In this document: positions 1 through 7,048 of the stretch, in pieces | Layout of the letters: every line of letters starts with the position of its first letter | How positions within the stretch are numbered: position 1 is the stretch's first letter | Virus record (IMG/VR): IMGVR_UViG_3300029258_003221 | Span: 1-64,000 of that record | Reading direction: 5' to 3' (one strand) | DNA length: 64,000 bases | Translations under genes and position numbers: made by a program | Notes under the pieces: model-generated | What the model was told of the DNA's origin: nothing | Databases searched by the model: none | What the model saw: only the letters and a program-made list of their open reading frames with translations

Positions 1-2
1 AT

Positions 3-665
3 TGCCATGGAAGCATTTTGTCGAGCTGCATTGGCACCAGCAGCTTCATATCCACTAGCGAATATCACGACTTGTGGTTCGAAACCTAAATTGACAGATG
101 TAGTGCTTGTTCCATCTGTAAAAATACCTGCTGCTACATTAAGTCCAGCAGTGCCATCCCCACTGTCTGCTTCAGTGTAGTGAACAGTCATGCTTATGTA
201 ATCAATTCTAGCATCAACCTCTCTATCGTTTTCTTCGGCAGCAATAACAACGCCAAAGTTTGAATTATTGATATCAGAATAAGTCCAAGTTAGTCCCCAT
301 AATTCAGCAACACCACCAACGGTTACTGCTGCTACACTGGTAGGCCAATCACCGGGATCATCAGAAGCTCTATTGTCTCCTGATATAGTTCCACCTTTCA
401 CCAACCTAATAGATTCTGAATGTGCATTTCCCGGACCATCAGCATCTCTTTCGAAAGTTACTTCAATTCCATTAATTGTAGCATCAACAGGAATAGAGAA
501 ACCAAAATTTGTGGCTTTAATGTAATTGGAGATTTCTTCTCCAATGCCAACAACTGCATAAGATCCATTATTTGCTGTAACATTGCTTGTATTTGTCCAA
601 GCCTGTGTACCAATTGATGCATCATTCGCTACTGTGCTGGGGAAATTTGGACCTTCGGATGCCAT
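3..665 (-). CDS. Virion structural protein (tail fibre/baseplate-like), runs off the window start; missing from the ORF track
   Basis: ATG at 665, open to the window edge: MASEGPNFPSTVANDASIGTQAWTN...ATNFGFSIPVDATINGIEV...WGLTWTYSDINNSNFGV; G/T/N/A-rich beta-type composition. Confidence 0.6.
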   Translation of the reverse strand, partial: MASEGPNFPSTVANDASIGTQAWTNTSNVTANNGSYAVVGIGEEISNYIKATNFGFSIPVDATINGIEVTFERDADGPGNAHSESIRLVKGGTISGDNRASDDPGDWPTSVAAVTVGGVAELWGLTWTYSDINNSNFGVVIAAEENDREVDARIDYISMTVHYTEADSGDGTAGLNVAAGIFTDGTSTTSVNLGFEPQVVIFASGYEAAGANAARQNASMA

Positions 666-711
666 GCTTTTTCCTAATTAAATTCAAGACATGATATTTA
701 CGTCTCATAAT

Positions 712-744
712 AAAAAAAACGCTCCCGGTGGGTGACCGGGAGCG
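712..744 (-). terminator. Rho-independent terminator
   Basis: Perfect 10-bp stem cgctcccggt/accgggagcg, then a T-run on the minus strand, downstream of 808..1164. Confidence 0.85.
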
Positions 745-807
745 TCGGTAACAGAGAGTCAGGTCTTGTCTAAGACAATTCCCACTCCTAGGGTAATATG
801 CGTGGCA

Positions 808-1164
808 TTAGTTGCCAGTACTAGAGCCAGCACCTGAAACACCGAGCTTGATTACAGCCCATGTAACAGAGTTTGTGCCTGTTCCAGCCAATGTCAGTGT
901 GGTGGCAGTTGAAGTGATTGCCAAAGTTCCGCTGGTTGCAGCAGCAGTGCCACTTGCATCGCCAACGACAACAATGTAGTCACCAGAAACGCCGTCCATT
1001 GCTTCGAGGACAACTGTGGCAGCACCACCCGCAAGGGTAGCAGTACCAGCAGCCATAACTCGTGGACCGATCAAGTGACCAACACCAAGTGTCATGTGTG
1101 AAGAGCCTTTATTTTTTCCGTCAGCAGACCCAAGTCCGACGCCAGTTACAGATGTAGCCGCCAT
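808..1164 (-). CDS. Small G/A/T-rich putative virion (decoration-type) protein
   Basis: ORF track; composition; late-promoter-like CATAGATA upstream (1235-1242); followed by a terminator. Confidence 0.5.
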   Translation of the reverse strand: MAATSVTGVGLGSADGKNKGSSHMTLGVGHLIGPRVMAAGTATLAGGAATVVLEAMDGVSGDYIVVVGDASGTAAATSGTLAITSTATTLTLAGTGTNSVTWAVIKLGVSGAGSSTGN

Positions 1165-1320
1165 AGTGTTAATCTCCTTGGAATTAAAATCCTATGTTTT
1201 TTGTGCTTTGTGATTTCAAAGCCATTTTCACAGGTATCTATGACCTTCACACATATTGTTTTAGTTTTCGGTGCGCCAAAGTATCGTAAAAAAATGCATT
1301 TGGTGAACGTAAATAGAATA

Positions 1321-1893
1321 ATGGATGAAACACAGAAGCAAATTGTCACAGGAACCGTGTTAGGCGGTTCATCATTATACAAGCAGAGCAAAGGTCGAAA
1401 CTACTTTCTTTCAATGCGTAGTAAAGATCCTGTTTGGCTATGGTACAAAATTGCAATTCTGCAATCTTATTTTACTTCTGATAAACTGACTCAGCAAAAT
1501 GTAACTTATCGTTGCTGTTCTATTTGTCATGAAAACTTCACTGATTTATATCATCTACTTTACAAAGATGACAAAAGGCATCTTACAGAAGAGATTCTCA
1601 ATAAAATTACAGCAACAGGTTTAATGACTTGGTGGCTGGAAGGAGGCGGTTGGGCAGGAAGAGGCAAGAAAAATGCTTATCTTAATACAACAATGTTGGG
1701 AGAAGAAGGGACCAATCTTGTTCAGCGGTATTTCAGTGAATATTATGGAATCAAATGTAATGTCAACAAAAACAAGAATCGACGGAAAGTTTTGCTTAGT
1801 GTTCAGGGGACTTTGAAATTTTGGAAAACCGTTGAAGACAAATTTCCAAATTTTTACATTACAAGAATAGAAAAAGCCCTCAAAGCCAATTAA
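1321..1893 (+). CDS. LAGLIDADG_2-family homing endonuclease homologue with degenerate catalytic motifs
   Basis: QIVTGTVLGGSSL and LMTWWLEGGGW occupy the places of the usual LGDG and W(F/Y)MDDG motifs; start refined to ATG 1321. Confidence 0.7.
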   Translation: MDETQKQIVTGTVLGGSSLYKQSKGRNYFLSMRSKDPVWLWYKIAILQSYFTSDKLTQQNVTYRCCSICHENFTDLYHLLYKDDKRHLTEEILNKITATGLMTWWLEGGGWAGRGKKNAYLNTTMLGEEGTNLVQRYFSEYYGIKCNVNKNKNRRKVLLSVQGTLKFWKTVEDKFPNFYITRIEKALKAN

Positions 1894-1926
1894 GACCTTG
1901 AGGGCTTGATTGTTCAGAAACTGAGA

Positions 1927-2787
1927 TTACTCAGTCATTTTATCTTCTTCGGTCATTTCGTCGGTCATGTCATCAGCGACAACATCTTCAACGATTGGTT
2001 CTTCGATCATTTCATCAGTTGTGTCTTCAACGACTGGCTCTTCAACCATTTCGTCAGTTATGTCTTCAACAACGTCTTCAACGATTGGTTCTTCGACCAT
2101 GTCATCTTCAATGACGATCACATCATCGGTTGTGTCTTCAACAACATCTTCAATGATTGGTTCTTCGACCATGTCATCAGTTGTGTCTTCAACAACGTCT
2201 TCAACGATTGGTTCTTCGACCATGTCATCAGTTGTGTCTTCAACTGGTGCTTCAATGACATCCACAATAACTGGTGCCTCTGGAGCAGAAGGTGGGACAA
2301 CATCGATAACAGTAAACTCATAATGAGTACCGTCTGGAGAGCGGTTTCCAGCATCGTCGATATCAACCAAATAAACCATGCAGTGAGCATCTTCTGGAAG
2401 TGTCAACTTCCATTCCATAATGCTCAAATCCGTAATTTCATGGACTTCCTCTACGCCATCAACGATGACGTGCAGTTCACGACTGACAACGTCGTTAGCT
2501 CCAAGAGCAGGCAGTCCAAGTGTGTAAATATAATTCATGTCAGTTTGATCCTCCATAATTGACAAGATGGTGACTTGCTCAGGTTGTGGTAAAACAACCT
2601 CCGGTTCTGGCTCGGGCGTAGGCTCGGGCTCTGGTTCAGGGATGGGCTCTGGCACAGGAATCGGCTCTGGCGCAGGCACCGGTTCTGGTTCTGTTGTTTC
2701 TGGCTCGATTTTGAACACAGCCCAAATCAAAACGATTTGGATAATCAAGTGCAAAATGCAAGCAATAATGAGCAATAGTATCCACAT
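1927..2787 (-). CDS. Membrane-anchored acidic protein: N-terminal TM, (PE)n linker, FN3-like segment, acidic repeats
   Basis: Hydrophobic N-terminus; EPEPVPAPEP linker; LVDIDDAGNRS resembles an FN3 strand; EEPIVEDVVEDTTDDMV repeats. Confidence 0.7.
   Translation of the reverse strand: MWILLLIIACILHLIIQIVLIWAVFKIEPETTEPEPVPAPEPIPVPEPIPEPEPEPTPEPEPEVVLPQPEQVTILSIMEDQTDMNYIYTLGLPALGANDVVSRELHVIVDGVEEVHEITDLSIMEWKLTLPEDAHCMVYLVDIDDAGNRSPDGTHYEFTVIDVVPPSAPEAPVIVDVIEAPVEDTTDDMVEEPIVEDVVEDTTDDMVEEPIIEDVVEDTTDDVIVIEDDMVEEPIVEDVVEDITDEMVEEPVVEDTTDEMIEEPIVEDVVADDMTDEMTEEDKMTE
1985..2260. repeat. Imperfect tandem coding repeat, about 51-nt (17-aa) unit
   Basis: Recurring acgattggttcttcgaccatgtcatcagttgtgtcttcaacaacgtcttca. 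Confidence 0.85.
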
Positions 2788-2840
2788 AACGCATGTATCT
2801 ATGCGTAATAAGTATATCTCTGTATGTTTGAGAAAGTTGC

Positions 2841-2868
2841 TTTACAAGTTCTTTTTTTGTCGTACAAT
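2841..2868 (+). promoter_or_regulatory. Sigma70-like early promoter
   Basis: TTTACA-N16-TACAAT upstream of 2920. Confidence 0.6.
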
Positions 2869-2919
2869 GTTTTCATGAACAAACTCAAATTCCCCGTTAC
2901 TCGTTTCATGAGGTGACAC

Positions 2920-3378
2920 GTGTCTGCACAAAATCTTTCCATTGAACGACTCGAAAGCATTCTACAAAAACGTCGTTCTGATGCTCAGGATCTGGAAAAC
3001 AAAAGGAACAAACTTCTGGCTCAACTTGAAATCATCGACAACAAGTTGACAAAGATCAAAGGTGGGTCAACCACAAAGAAAACAAAAAGCCGATCTGTTG
3101 TTCGTGCAAGCAATGATCGACCGCTTCGTGCTTTTGTTGCTGATGCTCTGAAAAAGGAGCCTGCAAATTTGCAGGAAATCACTGACCGTGTGCTGAAAGC
3201 TGGATATAAATCCAACAGCTCTAAGTTCAAGAACGTTGTGTATCAAAGTCTTTTCCACAATGAAGAATTTGTTCATGACGCCAAAACAGGTCAGTATTCT
3301 TACAAAGCCAAGAAAAAGGCGGTGAAAAAGAAGACCACCAAGCGAACAACCAAGAAGAAGGTGGCGAAAAAGAACTGA
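2920..3378 (+). CDS. Coiled-coil plus winged-HTH DNA-binding protein with a Lys-rich histone-like tail
   Basis: N-terminal coiled coil; LRAFVADALKKEPANLQEITDRVLKAGYKSNSSKFKNVVYQSL; tail KAKKKAVKKKTTKRTTKKK. Confidence 0.65.
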   Translation: MSAQNLSIERLESILQKRRSDAQDLENKRNKLLAQLEIIDNKLTKIKGGSTTKKTKSRSVVRASNDRPLRAFVADALKKEPANLQEITDRVLKAGYKSNSSKFKNVVYQSLFHNEEFVHDAKTGQYSYKAKKKAVKKKTTKRTTKKKVAKKN

Positions 3379-3394
3379 TTTTTATTCAAGAATC

Positions 3395-3426
3395 AAAAAA
3401 GCCACTCCGAAAGGGGTGGCTTTTTT
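3395..3426 (+). terminator. Bidirectional Rho-independent terminator
   Basis: A6-gccactcc-gaaa-ggggtggc-T6. Confidence 0.9.
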
Positions 3427-3451
3427 ATTTGGAATACTCTAATATTCAACT

Positions 3452-3739
3452 ATGATTAAAGTACTTAAACTCACAACTGGCGAAGACATCATTGCAGATG
3501 TCGAAGTTTCCGAAAACACATATACGCTCAAACAATCTATTCGACTTTTGCTGACTCCTGAAGGAGGCGTAGTAATGATGCCATATGCACCGTTTTTGTC
3601 AACTGATACGGTTGACATCAAAGATGAATTGGTTGTTTTTTCAGGTGAACCTGAACCTAAATTGAAAAACTCTTACAATTCAAAGTTTGGCAATGGAATT
3701 GTTACTGCGGGTGCGGCTGATCTTAAGATCGTCACATGA
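3452..3739 (+). CDS. Sm-like protein of T4-like phages
   Basis: IKVLKLTTGEDII...MPYAP...EPEPKLKNSYNSKFGNGIV follows the pattern of the cyanophage-type Sm-like family. Confidence 0.7.
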   Translation: MIKVLKLTTGEDIIADVEVSENTYTLKQSIRLLLTPEGGVVMMPYAPFLSTDTVDIKDELVVFSGEPEPKLKNSYNSKFGNGIVTAGAADLKIVT

Positions 3740-3993
3740 AAAATCTGATCGACATCATTAATCAGATATTTGATGTGATACCAGACAGCTACGAAGATAA
3801 AGAATTTTTGTCTTTGAAGCTTGGGAGCATTAAAGAAAGCAGTAGATTGGCTTCACCAGAAACGCAAAGGCTTTGCTGGAGTAGATTTTTTTATGTCATT
3901 GACGAATGCATTTCGCCAATTGAAGAAGATTGGAAAACGTCAGTGGCTTTAATTATTCAAAGTGAAGCCACTGACTGGAAACAAGGTTTTTAA
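3736..3993 (+). CDS. Hypothetical protein
   Basis: ORF track; ATGA overlap with the upstream gene. Confidence 0.6.
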   Translation: MKNLIDIINQIFDVIPDSYEDKEFLSLKLGSIKESSRLASPETQRLCWSRFFYVIDECISPIEEDWKTSVALIIQSEATDWKQGF

Positions 3994-4160
3994 TCAACCA
4001 AACTTCGCATCATTGCCAAAGATTGTTTGAGAGAATCATTGTCAGTATGTTGACCAACTTCTTCATCCAAACGAATAAGTAATTCCTGAAGTTTGTCAAG
4101 TTGAATATATTCTTGACAAATTTGAACAATGTGAGTAGCTTCTGATGTAGTCGTAGGCAT
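3990..4160 (-). CDS. Hypothetical protein (56 aa)
   Basis: Start refined to ATG 4160 after a GGGAGGG RBS. Confidence 0.5.
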   Translation of the reverse strand: MPTTTSEATHIVQICQEYIQLDKLQELLIRLDEEVGQHTDNDSLKQSLAMMRSLVD

Positions 4161-4218
4161 TTTTTGCCCTCCCTTCTCTTCTAAAAGAGTTTCGAATTCA
4201 CAATTTGCAATCCAAAAA

Positions 4219-4752
4219 TTGGGCTGTTTCTCAATGAGCATAAAATGCGTATCTGATATTGATCGCCCGCTTATTGTCGGTGAAAGATACAAAGTAGAAT
4301 GCTTGAAGGCCAAAATAGGAAAACGGTTATTTTGGTTGCCTGTTCTTTGTTCACATGTTGGAGATTTTTCAGAAGAAAATCATTTTCATTTAGACAGTCG
4401 ATTTCTTACTGATTTCTTTTATAAATTGCTTAATTGGAAGCCACATTATGTTTTTGGCGTTCCTGATGATCAGATTTTAGGCAAAAGACTGAAGATCAAA
4501 ACTTGTGTACGCCAATTTGGAATTCCACACACAGATCAAGTTGATACTTTTCGCAAACTTCAAAATCTTTGCAAAAACAGAATTGTCAATTGTTTGACCT
4601 GCCCCCATCAAGGTGTTGATCTTAGCCAAGTGCCTGTCACAAATACTTTAAACGAATCTGTTCGTTATTGCCCGGCACATGGGTTGAAATGGAGTGCAGA
4701 AGATGGAAGAATGATTGAAAGAGACTCATTTTTTGAAATTTCCGGCATATGA
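4219..4752 (+). CDS. Protein with a C-terminal Rieske-like [2Fe-2S] motif
   Basis: TCPHQG ... YCPAHGLKW (CxH / CxxH pair). Confidence 0.6.
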   Translation: MGCFSMSIKCVSDIDRPLIVGERYKVECLKAKIGKRLFWLPVLCSHVGDFSEENHFHLDSRFLTDFFYKLLNWKPHYVFGVPDDQILGKRLKIKTCVRQFGIPHTDQVDTFRKLQNLCKNRIVNCLTCPHQGVDLSQVPVTNTLNESVRYCPAHGLKWSAEDGRMIERDSFFEISGI

Positions 4753-4753
4753 A

Positions 4754-4933
4754 ATGCTGTGTTTACTAAAGTCTTTATTGGTTATTGTGTCTTTCGTGTT
4801 GTTTGGCACATCGATTCAATTGATGATTTTGGGAAATTTTTTGATTGGGGGCTTGCTTTTGATTCCCGCTACAGATATACTTCGAGACATCTGTGAAACT
4901 CAAAAGAGTTTGGCACACCAGTTGCATAAATAA
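4754..4933 (+). CDS. Small membrane protein
   Basis: Two hydrophobic stretches; start refined. Confidence 0.4.
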   Translation: MLCLLKSLLVIVSFVLFGTSIQLMILGNFLIGGLLLIPATDILRDICETQKSLAHQLHK

Positions 4934-4978
4934 GCCACAGACATTAATTTCACTGTCATTTTGACACAGGAGAAGATC

Positions 4979-5329
4979 ATGAAACCCGACACGTAGAACG
5001 TCAAACATTACAGCTATATCTTTGTCAGGGAAGACCTGACAACCTCTCAGCAGGCGGTACAATGCTGTCATGCCGCCATCAACGCCACTGCCAAATACGG
5101 TCTAGGCGATTTGCCAGACCATCCTTATCTTGTCATCTTGGCAGTCAAGAATGAATCCAAGTTGCTCCGGGTACAAAAATACCTGTCAGAGCACGGAATT
5201 CAGTTCTCTTCTTTTCACGAGTCTGATCTCGATAATGAGCTTACGGCTATTGCGACCGAGCCCATTAAAGAGCATCAACGTGCAATCTTCCGCAAGTATC
5301 AGTGCCTTAAACCAAGGGAGGCTGCGTGA
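4979..5329 (+). CDS. Pth2-like peptidyl-tRNA hydrolase with an in-frame TAG at codon 6 (4994-4996)
   Basis: AGGAG-N6-ATG; MKPDT*NVKHYSYIFVREDLTTSQQAVQCCHAAI...FHESDLDNELTAIATEP. The Pth2-type VRxDL/QxxHAA motif lies upstream of the ORF-track start 5111, and no alternative start codon lies between the TAG and the motif. Confidence 0.8.
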
Positions 5330-5511
5330 TGAGTCAAATCAAAGACCTTATCGAAGAACTAAAATCTCTTACCCGTTATGACATGGAAGTCAGAGAATAT
5401 GGTCGAACCAAATTTCGTGATTCACATGCTGAAGCACGTGAAGTGGTTTCTGGAGATGGAGACTGGGTGGAGTGGGAAGATATTGTTTATTTGATCAAGG
5501 AGTATGAATGA
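5326..5511 (+). CDS. Hypothetical protein
   Basis: ORF track; GTGA overlap with the upstream gene. Confidence 0.6.
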   Translation: MMSQIKDLIEELKSLTRYDMEVREYGRTKFRDSHAEAREVVSGDGDWVEWEDIVYLIKEYE

Positions 5512-5521
5512 GTTTGAATGT

Positions 5522-5671
5522 GGGACAGAGGTGGATTGGTTCACACAAACCAACAATTTGTTGTTGGCCTGCATGGGTTCGAGTCCTGACAGGATGCAAT
5601 GAATTGTTGGGGAGGCAGAATTGCCAGCCGTTTTCGGAACGGCCTTGCAGGTTCGATTCCTGCCTGTCCCA
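5522..5671 (+). ncRNA. Expanded tRNA-like RNA (150 nt)
   Basis: Perfect acceptor stem GGGACAG/CTGTCCC; Leu-like D-arm; perfect T-arm GCAGG-TTCGATT-CCTGC; long variable arm GCCGTT-TTCG-GAACGGC; extra hairpins where the anticodon arm should be. Confidence 0.6.
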
Positions 5672-5676
5672 CTTAT

Positions 5677-5751
5677 GGGTGCGTAGCTCAATTGGCAGAG
5701 CAGCGAGTTCTAGCCTCGTGTTTGTTGCAGGTTCGATCCCTGTCGCACCTT
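5677..5751 (+). tRNA. tRNA with anticodon CTA (amber suppressor), Trp-like body, no encoded CCA
   Basis: Cloverleaf: GGGTGCG/CGCACCT; GCTC/GAGC; GCGAG-TTCTAGC-CTCGT (CTA at 5710-5712); GCAGG-TTCGATC-CCTGT. Confidence 0.85.
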
Positions 5752-5756
5752 TTTTA

Positions 5757-5914
5757 CCGCAGGTAGCTCAGTTGGTAGAGCGTTGCTTGTGTTGAAGCTA
5801 AGACAATGGTGTACAACATTGAATTAGTGAATGCACACGTGCTGTCAAAAGTGGCCACTTTTGGCTGTCATGTAAACATAGCAGAGGTCGGAGGTTCGAG
5901 TCCTCAACTGCGGA
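5757..5914 (+). ncRNA. tRNA-like gene whose anticodon loop is replaced by a 92-nt structured segment
   Basis: CCGCAGG/ACTGCGG; GCTC-AGTTGGTA-GAGC; anticodon stem TTGCT(5783-87)/AGCAG(5880-84); AGGTC; GGAGG-TTCGAGT-CCTCA. Confidence 0.65.
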
Positions 5915-5954
5915 ATATTTTCATTTTTCCCCGGATAGAAAGGAAGAAGTTGTG

Positions 5955-6356
5955 ATGTAGAAATGGCATTGGAATCAAAAACTTGGACCTGAAAACTGTC
6001 CATACATGGTGCGATGGGTGTTTGATTTTTACTTCTTCACCATTCGTATTCATCATTGGCTTCATAGTGACGATTTGCGTCACCCCCATGATCATCCTTG
6101 GTCTTTTTGGGCCATTTGTTTGTGGGGCGGATACACAGATGTTTCACCAGATGGCGAGGACCGAGTGCGACCGGGAAGTGTACGGTTTCGCTCGGCTCTT
6201 CACCAACATTCTGTTAAAGTTGATGAAGGTGGATGTTGGACCATCCTTTTGACAGGACGTGAGCATCGTCGTTGGGGTTTTTGGGTTAATGGTAAGTTTC
6301 GTAAAAGAAACAAGTATTTCTATATGATGGGTCATCACAATCCATGTGATTCATAA
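5955..6356 (+). CDS. Cupin-like phage protein with an in-frame TAG directly after the start (5958-5960)
   Basis: AAGGAAG RBS then GTG ATG TAG AAA TGG CAT TGG, giving M*KWHWNQKLGPENCPYMVRW...HHWLHSDDLRHPHDHPW; the ORF-track start 6006 lacks an RBS. Confidence 0.7.
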
Positions 6357-6944
6357 AACTTTCAACCAGTCACTCACGAAGTTTTGATCTGGCCAACCCA
6401 ACAATGTTGAATTGTAATTAGACAGTTTTTTAAAGATTGCACATTTTTGATTTCTTTCCATGAGTTTCCAATGCTTGTCTGCCATTAAAAACCTGCATGT
6501 GTAATTAACTGCTTCAAGCAAAACATCATCAAACATCACAAATCCTCCGACTTTGATGTTCCTATGAGTGTAATACCAATCAATCATAGGAATAGGGAAT
6601 TCATGTCCTCCATCTACCAAAACAAAGTCGTATTTTCTTTTCCCCATCACTGGCAGTAATTTGTCAGATGGGCCTTGGGTGTATTTGACGTTGTCCAAAG
6701 AGATATCAATTTCTTTTGCGACATCGTCAAGCTTGTTCATGAAATCATGCTTGAACAAAGAAATTGCTTGGTGGCTTTTAGAACGTTCTGCAAAAAAGAT
6801 GGTTGTCAGCCCGGCTCCTGTTTCAAGTGAAACTCCTTTTTCTGGAGCATATTTGTCTATCATTTGATAAACAAATTCATCCATGCACCCATGAGTGTGT
6901 GGTTTGTGTCTGAAAAAGGAACTCAACGCTTCATGATAATTCAT
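6351..6944 (-). CDS. Class I SAM-dependent methyltransferase (Methyltransf_24-like)
   Basis: LETGAGLTT, FVLVDGGHEF, VGGFVMFDD motifs. Confidence 0.85.
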   Translation of the reverse strand: MNYHEALSSFFRHKPHTHGCMDEFVYQMIDKYAPEKGVSLETGAGLTTIFFAERSKSHQAISLFKHDFMNKLDDVAKEIDISLDNVKYTQGPSDKLLPVMGKRKYDFVLVDGGHEFPIPMIDWYYTHRNIKVGGFVMFDDVLLEAVNYTCRFLMADKHWKLMERNQKCAIFKKLSNYNSTLLGWPDQNFVSDWLKVL

Positions 6945-6965
6945 TTTCTTATCTAGGTGTTTTGC

Positions 6966-6994
6966 TTTACACTTCGGAATTTTTGACGTAAAAT
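6966..6994 (+). promoter_or_regulatory. Sigma70-like early promoter
   Basis: TTTACA-N17-TAAAAT. Confidence 0.7.
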
Positions 6995-7048
6995 GATCTT
7001 GTCAAGAAGATTGATGACAGAGTATCATGGCAGGAAAAGGAAAACATC

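Noticed and set aside
1985-2260. CRISPR-like array
   Set aside because: Contiguous degenerate coding repeats with no unique spacers
1906-2878. Plus-strand ORFs 1906..2562, 1967..2323 and 2567..2878
   Set aside because: Shadow frames of the repeat-rich minus-strand gene
5522-5671. tmRNA
   Set aside because: Only 150 nt; no tag ORF or pseudoknot region; lacks the GGATTCGAC-type 5' motif
5788-5879. Group I intron in a tRNA
   Set aside because: 92 nt is far too short, and no P/Q/R/S core is recognisable
5422-6252. ORF-track calls 5422..5691, 5508..5795, 5904..6095 and 5983..6252
   Set aside because: They overlap tRNA-like genes or are antisense to the cupin gene; no motifs
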